Origin: Promethearchaeati archaeon
GTDB lineage: Archaea; Asgardarchaeota; Heimdallarchaeia; JABLTI01
DNA length: 64,000 bases
Direction: 5' to 3'
Assembly (NCBI GenBank): GCA_013166835.1
Contig: JABLTI010000001.1
Coordinates: 22,852-86,851 of the forward strand
In this document: piece after piece, positions 9,980 to 20,058 of the stretch
How the letters are laid out: every line of letters begins with the position of its first letter
Numbering within the stretch: position 1 is the first letter of the stretch
Notes under the pieces: model-generated
What the model was told of the DNA's origin: nothing
Seen by the model: the letters and a program-made list of their open reading frames with translations, nothing else
The model's database searches: none
Translations under genes and position numbers: made by a program

Positions 9980-11830
9980 TTATGGTGAATTGAAAGGTAG
10001 GAACAATACTGAAAATCCATTATCATAGATACGATGAACATATGGGTTTAATGGAATTAATTGACTAATGTCTGGATACTTCTTGATGAAGTTATCATTT
10101 TCTCCTCCATACACTGCCCAACCTACAATATATCCATCTTTATACATGATTTGACTTGTGAAAATATAATCTATTTCCGGATAGATTTCCCAAGGAGAGG
10201 TGTTAGCTACTAGGTTTGTTCTGTTCGTTTCATTTGCCAGGAGTATCGTCGTCAGCCAACTCGCATTCCCAATTTCAAAGGTAGCTCCTAGGTTACCATA
10301 ACCCTCTACAATAGCTGCCAGTCTGAAATCTGAATCGACAACAATGTTTTGTCCTTCAACCCAGGATGGGTAACTCAAGTTTTCAACAAAAATGATGAAA
10401 TCAATTGCCGCAAACTCTGCTTGCCAATAAACTTCTTGTTGCCCCCAGTTGTTTTCAGGTTTTGGATACGAATAAGTTGTAGTAAGAGCCATTGCTCCAA
10501 TTAAAGCAATCAAAGTCACTGCTTTCCATTTTCGTAGCTTCACTTTTTTTAGGATGTTAAATATTGCAATTGCTGGAAGCAAGGTTAATATTCCGATAAT
10601 ATACAATGCTAATCTTCCAAGTATGCTAGACATAATTGGGATAGCAGCTGTTACCAATATAATAGCAAATTGACTCAAAACCCAACCACGGATGACTCGA
10701 CTTCTTGTTTTATTTGCTTTTGGCAAAGAAACTAATCCCAAAGCTGCTAGCGGTGGAGTAACCAGGATAGGCGTTCCAGCAAGAATGCCTGCCCAGATTG
10801 TCTGATCAGGACTTGCAGCTCCAAAAAACATTGCAAAAATAAAAATGGCAATATCACCAACGGTAGTAAAGACAATTATCGCTATGTTGATTTTCTTTCT
10901 TTCAAAATTATAGAAGAGCACTGAAAATCCAAGTGCAAGAAGGAGTAACCCTCCAAAAATCATGATGAACGTCGTGCTGAGCGATATTCCTGCAAACAGG
11001 ACAGAAAAAGCACTTTGTATAAATGAAAGAGGAAATCCATTCAAACCAAAAAACCAGTAGAGTATGACAAAAAGATCTATTGCAACCAGAATTCCGAGGT
11101 TGATCAAGATATTCTTCCAATTAGCTGTTTTTGTTTTGAAACGTCTGAAAAGCACATCATAAGGCAAGACAACATGCCAGATTGCTAGAACCATTACTGT
11201 TGTCAAATGATGAACTAAAGTAATTACCACAGTCATGAGTATCGCGAGAACTATCATTCGAATTTCTTTACTCTCTAAATAGCGATAAAGATAGAATACC
11301 ACAAAAGGCACAATTCCCAGAACGGCAACTTCAGGTGCTACATTTTGATTTCTATAAACAATAAGACCAAAGAAAGACATAAAGAACATGGATAATAATG
11401 CTACAGTTTTCGAGCCAGTCAATCTTCTTGCTAAAACAAAGAAAATTATAAGTTGCACTGAGCAAATTATCTGGGGAAAAACAAAAATAGCCCAAATAAA
11501 CGGTTCACCATTTGTACCCAATAAATATTCTGCCATTATCAGTATAAATGTAAATCCCGGAGGATCTCGCGCAATATCTCCTAGATTAAACCATCCTTCA
11601 TAAAACACCTCACGCATATGGCGCAAGTAAAACCAACCATCATAAGCAGTTGGCATTCCTTCTCTGAAGAGTCTCCAAGCTCTAAACAAAAATCCAAATA
11701 ATGTGATTAGAATTGTTAAACTAATGATTAGAAAGTCGCCTCTAGTATAACCTCGATTTTTTCTTTTATTATCCTCTGTGAATATCGAGTTTATTCCATT
11801 GGAGTTTTTTTCAGCATTTTTTAATGCCAA
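9980..11830 (-). CDS. Polytopic membrane protein, GT-C-like
   Basis: YDGWFY and DPPGF in the first loop, VHHLT, about 13 TM segments, extracellular C-terminal domain. Confidence 0.6.
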   Translation of the reverse strand: MALKNAEKNSNGINSIFTEDNKRKNRGYTRGDFLIISLTILITLFGFLFRAWRLFREGMPTAYDGWFYLRHMREVFYEGWFNLGDIARDPPGFTFILIMAEYLLGTNGEPFIWAIFVFPQIICSVQLIIFFVLARRLTGSKTVALLSMFFMSFFGLIVYRNQNVAPEVAVLGIVPFVVFYLYRYLESKEIRMIVLAILMTVVITLVHHLTTVMVLAIWHVVLPYDVLFRRFKTKTANWKNILINLGILVAIDLFVILYWFFGLNGFPLSFIQSAFSVLFAGISLSTTFIMIFGGLLLLALGFSVLFYNFERKKINIAIIVFTTVGDIAIFIFAMFFGAASPDQTIWAGILAGTPILVTPPLAALGLVSLPKANKTRSRVIRGWVLSQFAIILVTAAIPIMSSILGRLALYIIGILTLLPAIAIFNILKKVKLRKWKAVTLIALIGAMALTTTYSYPKPENNWGQQEVYWQAEFAAIDFIIFVENLSYPSWVEGQNIVVDSDFRLAAIVEGYGNLGATFEIGNASWLTTILLANETNRTNLVANTSPWEIYPEIDYIFTSQIMYKDGYIVGWAVYGGENDNFIKKYPDISQLIPLNPYVHRIYDNGFSVLFLPFNSP

Positions 11831-11855
11831 TGAACCTAACCTTCCTTTCTAATAT

Positions 11856-13379
11856 TTAGAATATCGTTATTCCCGTAAACTCACCAACTAGCAGTAGGAA
11901 AGCAAATAGCTGAGCCAGAATGATCATTATTCCTTCAAACGACGAAATCCGGTGATCATCTGACATTGATCTTTTAACAAACCAGAGTATGCCTGCTAAG
12001 GCGATAATTTGGAAGAGCATAAAACCATCTATCGGAGCAGAAACGATTGTAGCAAATAGTCCGAATATTAGTAAAGTCATTTGCAGAATACCGCCAAGAA
12101 TATTTCCAAGTGCAATATCCGTTTTTCCTTTAGCAGCAGCAACAACAGCAATTCCATGTTCAGGAATAGCTCCTGCAAAGCCAACAATTAAAGCCATTAA
12201 GCCTACATGAATAGGAGTTTCGTGTAAAACAGTTTCCACAGCTGTACTAAGTAAGAAACCACCACCTGCGATTCCAGCAATACCTATAACAACTAGAACT
12301 ATTGCTGCCTTCATGGATAAATGTGGACGTTCCATTGTGGGAGCATTTAGGAAAGGATTATAAATTGTTTTAGAAGCTCCAGTGTAAGTCTCTTTTATAT
12401 CTGGAGCAGTAGGATCTATTATATTGATTTCTTCTGGTGTATCCAAAATTTTTCGATGAGCATGTTCAGTTATTTCTACTTTCTCTGCTATTTTCTTCAT
12501 TTCTAGCATTTTTTCGTCAAGTTTACTTCTAGTTGGTTTTGTTGCTCTCTCAGTTTCATCATATTCTTCTAGTGCTTTCGCTTCTTTACTTTTTACTATT
12601 AAATAAACAAGGTAAATGAGATAGCTAACCACCAAAGCTATTCCAGCCATTTGTGGAAGGTCACCAGTTAATGTAGTACCTTCTTCCATCGGGAATTCAC
12701 CTGCATTTAATTTCTCTATAATAGTATTAATGAATTCAACAACTGCAACACCAAAAGTTAGTAGCGTTGCTATGAAACCCCATCTTAACAAAACTCCTTC
12801 AGCCATAATGGTTGTTTTTTTAACCTCAATATATCCTTTCTTTCTGCCACCAACAAGAACTATTATACCAAGAAGAATAGCATTGAAACCAGCAGCAGCT
12901 AATGTAGTATAAAATGCTGTAACAACTAAATCATGACCAACTTCTGTGCCTTTGAGTATAAACTCCCCTTTAATCAACATAATTCCCGCAGCAATAGCTT
13001 CTGGTAAATTACTTGCTAAGCTTGAAATTACTCCAGCTACATAGGCAGTAAGTCCTATTGTTCGCATAATATTGTCTAACCCATCAACTGCCCATTCACT
13101 TGGTCTGAAAGCTAACCATAACCCAAGAAGTGCTGCAGTTACTACGAATCCTATTAGGATTCCTAATTTATTACTTTCAAATCTTGTGTTTAAAATATAC
13201 ATTGTAATAGTTGTTGCAAGAAGAAGTCCAATAATTAGAAATTCATACCAAGGTAACTTGATTATGGACCATAAGGTTCTTTGTTCTTGAGTTTCCTCTT
13301 CTAAAATAATCAAATCATCTATATCGATAGCTGTTTCAGTGGTCTCTTTTTTTTCTTTTCTTTTCTTCTTGTCAACCAT
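11856..13379 (-). CDS. Cation/Ca2+ exchanger (CaCA) family protein
   Basis: Alpha-repeats ASNLPE and GAIPE...GNILG, with a large hydrophilic central loop. Confidence 0.85.
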   Translation of the reverse strand: MVDKKKRKEKKETTETAIDIDDLIILEEETQEQRTLWSIIKLPWYEFLIIGLLLATTITMYILNTRFESNKLGILIGFVVTAALLGLWLAFRPSEWAVDGLDNIMRTIGLTAYVAGVISSLASNLPEAIAAGIMLIKGEFILKGTEVGHDLVVTAFYTTLAAAGFNAILLGIIVLVGGRKKGYIEVKKTTIMAEGVLLRWGFIATLLTFGVAVVEFINTIIEKLNAGEFPMEEGTTLTGDLPQMAGIALVVSYLIYLVYLIVKSKEAKALEEYDETERATKPTRSKLDEKMLEMKKIAEKVEITEHAHRKILDTPEEINIIDPTAPDIKETYTGASKTIYNPFLNAPTMERPHLSMKAAIVLVVIGIAGIAGGGFLLSTAVETVLHETPIHVGLMALIVGFAGAIPEHGIAVVAAAKGKTDIALGNILGGILQMTLLIFGLFATIVSAPIDGFMLFQIIALAGILWFVKRSMSDDHRISSFEGIMIILAQLFAFLLLVGEFTGITIF

Positions 13380-13546
13380 TTCTATCTACCTTGCTCTTTC
13401 ATAATAACTCAAGAGGACAAATAAAATCTTTTTGTAAGTGATTTAATTCTGACAAAATTTTCTGGTATCGAAAGATAATTAGATGGAAAGTGATAGATTA
13501 TTAATCAATATTGAAGTAAAATCTTCAAGAAATAGGGGTCATATAA

Positions 13547-14287
13547 TTGGAAATTGCGGAAGATCTTGGTTTAAAAACCTACAACATCACTGCTAATCAA
13601 TTGCCTTCGATAATTGTCAAGCTGTTAAAAGTAGGACGGCCATTCTATTTACCATCAGTTGATGAACTAAGTTTACCGGATATTGCTATTGATCAAGTCA
13701 TTCTTGTAATAATTGATAATTTTAGTCTATATGAAGTAATTACTTACCAACCAACTTGGATGATTAAGAATCTAGAAAACCTTTTGCTCATAGACACAGA
13801 ATCCAAAATGAAATCACTTTCAGGTCCAATGCTTGAATCTACTTTTTTCAGTAAAGATAGTCTCACCTTTAATTTGCTTTCTGCTCTTAATTTCAATGGA
13901 AAACAAGTAAAGGCGATTGCTCGAAAAGAAGATATTCCCAAGATAACAAATGAACAATCACTTGTACAAACAGAAAAATCAGATGTTAATATTTATGTGC
14001 AAGCAATTAAAGCAATAAACAGAAATGATTTACTAGTTCTACATTTTGCTGATTTCGATGAGATGTATGAAAGATATTCCATGAATCCCCCAGAGGATAT
14101 TGCTTCAAAAATTATAAGACGAACTGATAAATGGCTCAATCTCTTTTGGCAACAATCAATAGATGGTACAGTTATGTTAGTAGTTGGGAATGATGGCAAG
14201 AAACCCCTTGAAATGAATCTTCAAGGACAAGCAGCTGAATGGAAAAGAGCTAATTTACCTATCGGTTTTATAAAATTTCCAAAATGA
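13547..14287 (+). CDS. Alkaline phosphatase superfamily-like protein with a degenerate active site
   Basis: VILVIIDN, LHFADFD and LVVGNDG sit where the core strands are expected, but metal-binding His residues are absent. Confidence 0.5.
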   Translation: MEIAEDLGLKTYNITANQLPSIIVKLLKVGRPFYLPSVDELSLPDIAIDQVILVIIDNFSLYEVITYQPTWMIKNLENLLLIDTESKMKSLSGPMLESTFFSKDSLTFNLLSALNFNGKQVKAIARKEDIPKITNEQSLVQTEKSDVNIYVQAIKAINRNDLLVLHFADFDEMYERYSMNPPEDIASKIIRRTDKWLNLFWQQSIDGTVMLVVGNDGKKPLEMNLQGQAAEWKRANLPIGFIKFPK

Positions 14288-14302
14288 TTTCTTTTCGTAT
14301 TT

Positions 14303-15253
14303 TCATACAGTTGTTGTCAGTGCCAATATTATTATAATTAATGTAATGACTAACGCCAGTGCTCCAATAGTTATACAGAACCATCCAAAATTCACTTTCT
14401 TTGCTAATCTCAGAAATAGTTCTATCGTAGCGAATCCTACGACTGCTGAAATTATTACCGCTAAAATCATTCCATACCATGGGATGCCTGCAAATGAATA
14501 TTCTCCTTGCACTAAATCTATGATTATAATTAGAAGATTCCCACCAATGATTGCTGGAATGCTTAGGAGAAAACTACCACGCAAAGAATCTTCTTCATTT
14601 ACACCTTCAATCAACATAGTACCAATAGTTGTTCCTGATCGTGAGATTCCTGGAATTATGGCAAGACCTTGAGCTAACCCAACAATCAGCATTTCCCAAT
14701 TTTTCATTTCGTAGAGAGATTTCTTTGCGGTTTTTCTTTTCGAAACTAAAATGAATATTCCAGTTGCAATCAAGAAAACACCAATAATCAATGTTATAAT
14801 ATCTCCACTTGCTAATCGGCCATTCGCAAAATAGAGGTCGCCTTCTTGTAGTAAAAACTTAATCACAAGAAGAAGCGGAACTCCAATAATTGCAGTTCCT
14901 GCTGTTGCTATGAGAAGGAATTTCCAGAGGATTTTCCTTTTTTCAGATTCTGTAAACTTTTCTTCCTCAACAGATTCTTCTTCTTTTTCTATTGTTTGCA
15001 CTTCAGCATTCTCTTCGTTTTCTTCTTTCTTCCTTGATTTAATATTGAAAAGCAAAAAGAAATCTTTCCTGAACCGAACTAAGACGGCAAGCATTGTTCC
15101 TAGGTGGAGAAACAATGCAATTGCTACAGCATTGGTTGGGTCTCCAAACCAGTTTAAGATAAGAACGACTTGACCTTCACTAGAAACAGGTAGCCATTCC
15201 AATAATCCTTGTACTATCGCAAGTAAAATTATAAGACCTATTCCAACCGCCAT
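14303..15253 (-). CDS. uppP: Undecaprenyl/polyprenyl-diphosphate phosphatase (BacA family)
   Basis: QGLLEWLPVSSEG and AIIPGISRSGTT signatures. Confidence 0.93.
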   Translation of the reverse strand: MAVGIGLIILLAIVQGLLEWLPVSSEGQVVLILNWFGDPTNAVAIALFLHLGTMLAVLVRFRKDFFLLFNIKSRKKEENEENAEVQTIEKEEESVEEEKFTESEKRKILWKFLLIATAGTAIIGVPLLLVIKFLLQEGDLYFANGRLASGDIITLIIGVFLIATGIFILVSKRKTAKKSLYEMKNWEMLIVGLAQGLAIIPGISRSGTTIGTMLIEGVNEEDSLRGSFLLSIPAIIGGNLLIIIIDLVQGEYSFAGIPWYGMILAVIISAVVGFATIELFLRLAKKVNFGWFCITIGALALVITLIIIILALTTTV

Positions 15254-15408
15254 TGCATCTGCCTTCTATTCAAAGAAAAATAGAACTAGAAATACAAAAA
15301 AGTTTTCAATCATCTAACCATAATTTATAAAACTTTCACGTTTTTAAACAATATAGATTCAATATATATAGTCTAAAATTATACAGTAAGTATTGAGGAG
15401 ATAGACTG

Positions 15409-16275
15409 ATGGCAAATGTAAAAATCGTTGCTGATTCCACTTGTGATCTTCCGATTTCAGTTATAAAAAATCTTGACATCGAAATCATCCCAGCAAATGT
15501 AATTTTTGACGATCAAATATTCTCTCATTATGAGATTAATAATGATGAATTTTATCAGCGATTAGCAAAAGGTGAAATGCCCTCAACTGGTGTTCCTGCA
15601 CCGAAGGTATTCAAAACAGCCTTTGATAATGCCCTAAAATCTTCTGATGAAGCAATTGTTTTCACCTTATCTAAGAAACTCTCTGCAATGTTTCAAACTG
15701 CTACATTGGTTGTTAAAAATTTCTTTGATGAAAGAGTTACTATTGTTGATTCAGAAACAGTCACTTTGGAAATGGGATTAATAACCTATCTTGCAGCAAA
15801 ACGGGCTAAAGAGGGAGCTACAAAAGAAGAAATATTACAAACCATAAATGATTTTCTTATTCCAAATTCCCAATTAATTGGTGTAGTTGATACCTTAAAG
15901 TTCTTAAAAAGAAGTGGGAGAATTAGCACAATTTCTTGGTTGATTGGTTCTGTTTTGTCTATAAAACCAATTGTCCATATTGAGGATGGATTAATAAAAT
16001 CACCAGGAAAAGTTCGGGGTAAAGAACATGCATTAGAAATCCTCGAGACAGTAGCTCAAAAAATCGTTGAGAATAAAAAATCCGATTCAATTATCGTAGG
16101 ACACAGTCACGATCTAGTAAGAGCACTTGAATTTGAGAAAATAATTAAAGAATTACCAGATGCCCCATCTGATATTCTGATAGGAGAGATAGGTCCAGTA
16201 GTAGGAACTCATCTTGGTCCAGGAGCAATTGGTTTTGCATGGATAGGTGATTTTGCAGAAGAATGGATAAAATGA
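15409..16275 (+). CDS. DegV/FakB family fatty-acid-binding protein
   Basis: ADSTCDL, PSTGVP, LSKKLS, SGRI, THLGPG. Confidence 0.93.
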   Translation: MANVKIVADSTCDLPISVIKNLDIEIIPANVIFDDQIFSHYEINNDEFYQRLAKGEMPSTGVPAPKVFKTAFDNALKSSDEAIVFTLSKKLSAMFQTATLVVKNFFDERVTIVDSETVTLEMGLITYLAAKRAKEGATKEEILQTINDFLIPNSQLIGVVDTLKFLKRSGRISTISWLIGSVLSIKPIVHIEDGLIKSPGKVRGKEHALEILETVAQKIVENKKSDSIIVGHSHDLVRALEFEKIIKELPDAPSDILIGEIGPVVGTHLGPGAIGFAWIGDFAEEWIK

Positions 16276-16278
16276 AGT

Positions 16279-17043
16279 TCAATCACAAGTAGCTAAGTTT
16301 TCATCCACTTTTTTAGACTTAACAAAGAAACCTAAGAGCATAAACAACATTCCTATTCCTACGAATATGAATTCGATTCCGTTTAAAATTTGAGCATTAT
16401 CCCAAGTACTAGCTAGAACATTTGATAATATATTTGGAATTAGTGATCCTATACTAAGGCTGAATCCAGTTAAGAAATATTTCAAACAAAGCCTAATGTT
16501 TTCATCTTGTGTGTGTTTTAGAGCTCGTGAGAAATAAACGAAGATTATTACAATCATAGTTATACAAATGGGATAAAATATCCCCATGAAGAAAGGAGAA
16601 GTTTGGCTATCAGCAGTTTCTCCACCACCAGATTTTATGGAATACCAAAGATTAGAGCTTGTATTTGTTAATCCAAATAAAAGCCCACCAATTGTTAATA
16701 CCACAAGAATTACTGGTACAAGAATTTCCCATCTAAAAGCAAAATGAGTCCCAAAATTGAATGCTATCGAGCTAAGCATCAGTAATGCTATACCACAAAC
16801 TAAAGATAAGGCATAGATTTTTGTGAGAACTAGCATAGCAGTAGGATCACTTTGCGAATAAACAAAAGCTCCAAGAGGTAAAAAGACATAACCTATTGCT
16901 AGGAAGAAGAAACTACTTGCGAACAACCAATTTATCTTTTCAGTTGGACATCTCTTCAAAACAATTGTAGTAATGATTACTAGCATTGTGAAACTAGAAC
17001 CTCCTACAACTAAACTGAGATAATTTATCCAACTTAATACCAT
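16279..17043 (-). CDS. Stand-alone 7-TM membrane protein, putative sensor
   Basis: Seven hydrophobic segments and no soluble output domain. Confidence 0.55.
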   Translation of the reverse strand: MVLSWINYLSLVVGGSSFTMLVIITTIVLKRCPTEKINWLFASSFFFLAIGYVFLPLGAFVYSQSDPTAMLVLTKIYALSLVCGIALLMLSSIAFNFGTHFAFRWEILVPVILVVLTIGGLLFGLTNTSSNLWYSIKSGGGETADSQTSPFFMGIFYPICITMIVIIFVYFSRALKHTQDENIRLCLKYFLTGFSLSIGSLIPNILSNVLASTWDNAQILNGIEFIFVGIGMLFMLLGFFVKSKKVDENLATCD

Positions 17044-17130
17044 TTGAATCCCAGAATTTTAACTCTCGAGAAAAAAAGAACACAAACGTATTTAAAAATT
17101 CTTTCGAGTAGGTATGCTTTTGATTATAGC

Positions 17131-17523
17131 TCATTTAGTCCCAAGTTCTACTTCAATATTCTTAACATAGATGTCTCTTCCACCACTGATTTTAGTGTTA
17201 TTGGACTTACATTTTGGGCACTCGAAGATATTCACTAAATCAACTACGAAATGATCCACATCCTTCTTCTTTGCATCAACAGATCCTTTATAGCCGCAGT
17301 CTTTACAATCAATTTCCCCTTTCTGTGCTTCAATTATCAAATCTGCTTTTTCTGCTAAGGTACCTTCTGCTGCAATTTCAAACGCAAACTTTAACTGTTC
17401 GGTGTTTAGCATAGAGAAATCACCAACAACTAATTCCACTTTCTTAATTCTAGTTGCATTATGTTCTTTTGCAACAGCGGTAATCGTCTCTATAACACCA
17501 ACCGCAGTTGAATATTCGTGCAA
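17131..17523 (-). CDS. hypA: Hydrogenase maturation nickel chaperone HypA
   Basis: MHE N-terminus, two CxxC motifs, SGGRD; GAGGT upstream of the TTG. Confidence 0.95.
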   Translation of the reverse strand: MHEYSTAVGVIETITAVAKEHNATRIKKVELVVGDFSMLNTEQLKFAFEIAAEGTLAEKADLIIEAQKGEIDCKDCGYKGSVDAKKKDVDHFVVDLVNIFECPKCKSNNTKISGGRDIYVKNIEVELGTK

Positions 17524-17730
17524 TGATAGTACCTCAAGATTTTCTTAACAACTAACACAACTACCTTTTATTGATAAATTTGTGTATTCAACTTGTGAAG
17601 TGGAGAAATCTTTTCAAATTAAAAACTATAGTAACAAATCCCCAATAGAAAAGAAAAGTAATAATATATAAGGGAGAAAATAACCTTTAAATTACCATCC
17701 ACCTCAAAAGGAAGCAGCGAGGAAGAAAAA

Positions 17731-18132
17731 TTGTCTAAAAGTAGTAAAGCTAAGAAAGGAAAAACCGCAGAAAGAAGAAATCTCAGAGTAATCTATCCAG
17801 AGTATTTCGATAAAAACCTAACTTGGCGAATGGGTCGAAGAGTATCAACAAAATTAGCATTTGATGCCCCAGAGCTACAGAGGGTTGCTCTAGCAGCCAA
17901 AAAAGCGGGGTACGAAGTATTCCTTGATAAAGAGAAACATTACTCGAAAACTTGGTATGAGCAAAAGGGAAGATTACTAATAACAAAAGATGGTTCCAAA
18001 GAGGAACAAATACGCGAAATAGCTCGAAACCTTTCAAAAGTGAATGTACCAAAACCAAAGGCAACTAAGAAACCTGTAGATAAGAAGAAGAAAGTAAAGA
18101 AAGGTAGTGTCTATAGACAGAAATCTCGCTAA
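17731..18132 (+). CDS. srp19: Signal recognition particle protein SRP19
   Basis: VIYPEYFD...GRRVS, KHYSKTW...GR. Confidence 0.92.
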   Translation: MSKSSKAKKGKTAERRNLRVIYPEYFDKNLTWRMGRRVSTKLAFDAPELQRVALAAKKAGYEVFLDKEKHYSKTWYEQKGRLLITKDGSKEEQIREIARNLSKVNVPKPKATKKPVDKKKKVKKGSVYRQKSR

Positions 18133-18174
18133 TTAATTATTGTTTTTCAAGAAACTATACCGGAAGTGTAACCT

Positions 18175-18480
18175 CTGAAGAAACTTGGTAAAGTGACAAC
18201 GGTTAACAAGAAAGGAACTTTCTTAGTTAGATCTACAAAACCACATAGAATAGGTATACAAGTTGTCAACCAAGAAATAAAGAGGTTAGGAAAAGTGGTA
18301 GATGTTATCGGTCCAGCAACAGCCCCATATATTGTAATCAATACTAGGGACGCTCAAGCACAAACTAAGAAGGGAGACGTTGTGTATTTATTGGATAAAC
18401 CCCCACAAAAACCAAAACGTTCTCAACAGAACAGATCCGGAAAACCACGTTATTCTAAAAAATCTTACTCGAAAAAATAA
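18175..18480 (+). CDS. gar1: H/ACA RNP subunit Gar1, probable CTG start
   Basis: (M)KKLGKV N-terminus and LGKVVDVIGPATAPY signature; in-frame TAA at 18169 limits the start. Confidence 0.85.
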   Translation: MKKLGKVTTVNKKGTFLVRSTKPHRIGIQVVNQEIKRLGKVVDVIGPATAPYIVINTRDAQAQTKKGDVVYLLDKPPQKPKRSQQNRSGKPRYSKKSYSKK

Positions 18481-18574
18481 AAAGACCTGAAAATTGCTTC
18501 TAGAAACCATCTCGAGTAACAACTTGTGACCTCTAAATGAGTCTCTTAGTTGAGTTCTAAAAAAGTGAATCCGC

Positions 18575-18582
18575 TTTATATA
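18575..18582 (+). promoter_or_regulatory. TATA box for the two-peptide unit
   Basis: TTTATATA about 50 nt upstream of the ATG at 18632. Confidence 0.6.
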
Positions 18583-18631
18583 TACCCTAGAGGATAGTAT
18601 AATTAAGAACAAAACTCGGAGAAGAAAAAAA

Positions 18632-18718
18632 ATGAACAGAACAAAACAAAAAATTAGAGAACAAGTCAGAAAGGAAATCGAACAAACCAGATTTAAGACA
18701 CTCTTAATTGGTTGTTAA
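18632..18718 (+). CDS. 28-aa basic peptide MNRTKQKIREQVRKEIEQTRFKTLLIGC
   Basis: ATG...TAA with GGAGA upstream; similar to the next peptide. Confidence 0.6.
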   Translation: MNRTKQKIREQVRKEIEQTRFKTLLIGC

Positions 18719-18753
18719 AAAAAATCTGAAGAAAAATTTGGAGGACACTAAAA

Positions 18754-18840
18754 ATGTTGAAAAGAAAAGAACTTCAAAAGAAAATCAAGCAAGATAGAGA
18801 AAAAGCAAGAATGAAATATCTCTTAATGACTGGAAGATAA
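18754..18840 (+). CDS. 28-aa basic peptide MLKRKELQKKIKQDREKARMKYLLMTGR
   Basis: ATG...TAA with GGAGGA upstream; similar to the preceding peptide. Confidence 0.65.
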   Translation: MLKRKELQKKIKQDREKARMKYLLMTGR

Positions 18841-18844
18841 TCGA

Positions 18845-18872
18845 TCTGCAATACTATCAAATAGCTTGCAGA
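18845..18872 (+). terminator. 3' hairpin after the peptide genes
   Basis: TCTGCAA...CTAT-CAA-ATAG...TTGCAGA inverted repeat between convergent genes. Confidence 0.45.
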
Positions 18873-18919
18873 ATCATCTTTCATACCAATATTGTTAATT
18901 TTAATATCGTTATTGTTAT

Positions 18920-20041
18920 TCAAAAATCGATTTTATAAACTACCTTCTCACGAAAACCTGTTGTTACAGTTATGTAGCCACTTAATAATTGATTCAATTC
19001 CTTATCCCCTGTGTCAACAAGAAAAGGTCGACCGTTTAGAGAGTTAATTTTCTGTTTAGTCGCTACAACAAGAATGTTATCTTTTCCTACTTCCCTAATT
19101 ACTTCTGAACTTATTTGCTGGTTACCTCTGCCAAACAAGTATCCTTGCCCTCCAATAGGTGTGATTATTAGTTTAGCTTTCTTCCCTCTTATGTGTTCAA
19201 GCAATCCTTTTTCGTTTAAATCCTTACCAATGAGTTTCTTTCCATGGATAAGGTCAACCCCTAGAAGGGTATAATCTAGCTTCAGTTTCTCCATGATCGG
19301 TCTCGTAGTTGTTCCTGGTCCAATAATATAGTAAAAATTCTCATCCATGTTTTCTATAATAACCTCAGCAATTGCTTCTTGAGCATAATTTTCGTTTCCT
19401 AAACTCCCGAATTTCATACCTTGGACATGTCTTTTCTCAAAAGGAATTTTCAAGTACCCATAAAGCTTAGCTGAAACAAAACCCGCTCTGAAAGCCTCTT
19501 CATCAATATCCATAACTTCTGCTTCTTTTATCTCTGTCACTTTTCCTTGGAGATAAAGAGCAGCAAGATCTCCCCCTCTCATTGGATTACAAGCGTAGAC
19601 AGCTGAATGCATTTTAACTCCCGTAGGGATACCTAAAACAACAAGGTCCTTGCCAACTGCACGATAGATATCTCTAGCAGTGCCATCTCCTCCAGCAAAA
19701 AGTAAAAGATCGATTTTTAATTCACTGAGGTCTTTTGCAGCTTGTTGAGTATCAGTTGCGGTAGTGTTTCCTTCTTCAATGGAACCAATCACTTTCGGTT
19801 TAAAGCCACAGGACTTTGCAGCATTTTCACCCATATTTCCAGGATAGGTGATTAATTCGATTTCATTTTTGAGGGAAGTAAGTCTTTCAATAGCTTCAAT
19901 TGCTCGTTTCGGTGATTCCAATTTTGCCCCAAGAGTCTTAGCTTGTTCCAAAATAGCTTGACCATCAGTTCCTTTTAGGCCAACTTTGCCACCCATGCCA
20001 GCAATAGGATTAACTATTAAACCTAGTTTCCTCAATTCCAA
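18920..20041 (-). CDS. ATP-NAD/AcoX kinase-like protein
   Basis: [36 protein letters not shown]. Confidence 0.9.
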   Translation of the reverse strand: MELRKLGLIVNPIAGMGGKVGLKGTDGQAILEQAKTLGAKLESPKRAIEAIERLTSLKNEIELITYPGNMGENAAKSCGFKPKVIGSIEEGNTTATDTQQAAKDLSELKIDLLLFAGGDGTARDIYRAVGKDLVVLGIPTGVKMHSAVYACNPMRGGDLAALYLQGKVTEIKEAEVMDIDEEAFRAGFVSAKLYGYLKIPFEKRHVQGMKFGSLGNENYAQEAIAEVIIENMDENFYYIIGPGTTTRPIMEKLKLDYTLLGVDLIHGKKLIGKDLNEKGLLEHIRGKKAKLIITPIGGQGYLFGRGNQQISSEVIREVGKDNILVVATKQKINSLNGRPFLVDTGDKELNQLLSGYITVTTGFREKVVYKIDF

Positions 20042-20058
20042 TCATCTTTTTAACAGAC

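Noticed and set aside
16279-17043. Rhodopsin
   Set aside because: No retinal-binding Lys in helix 7
18632-18840. Peptides as ribosomal eL41 or as lasso precursors for the AsnB-like protein
   Set aside because: No eL41 KWRKKR-type motif; no lasso leader pattern or B protein, and the AsnB-like gene is 11 kb away in a glycan cluster
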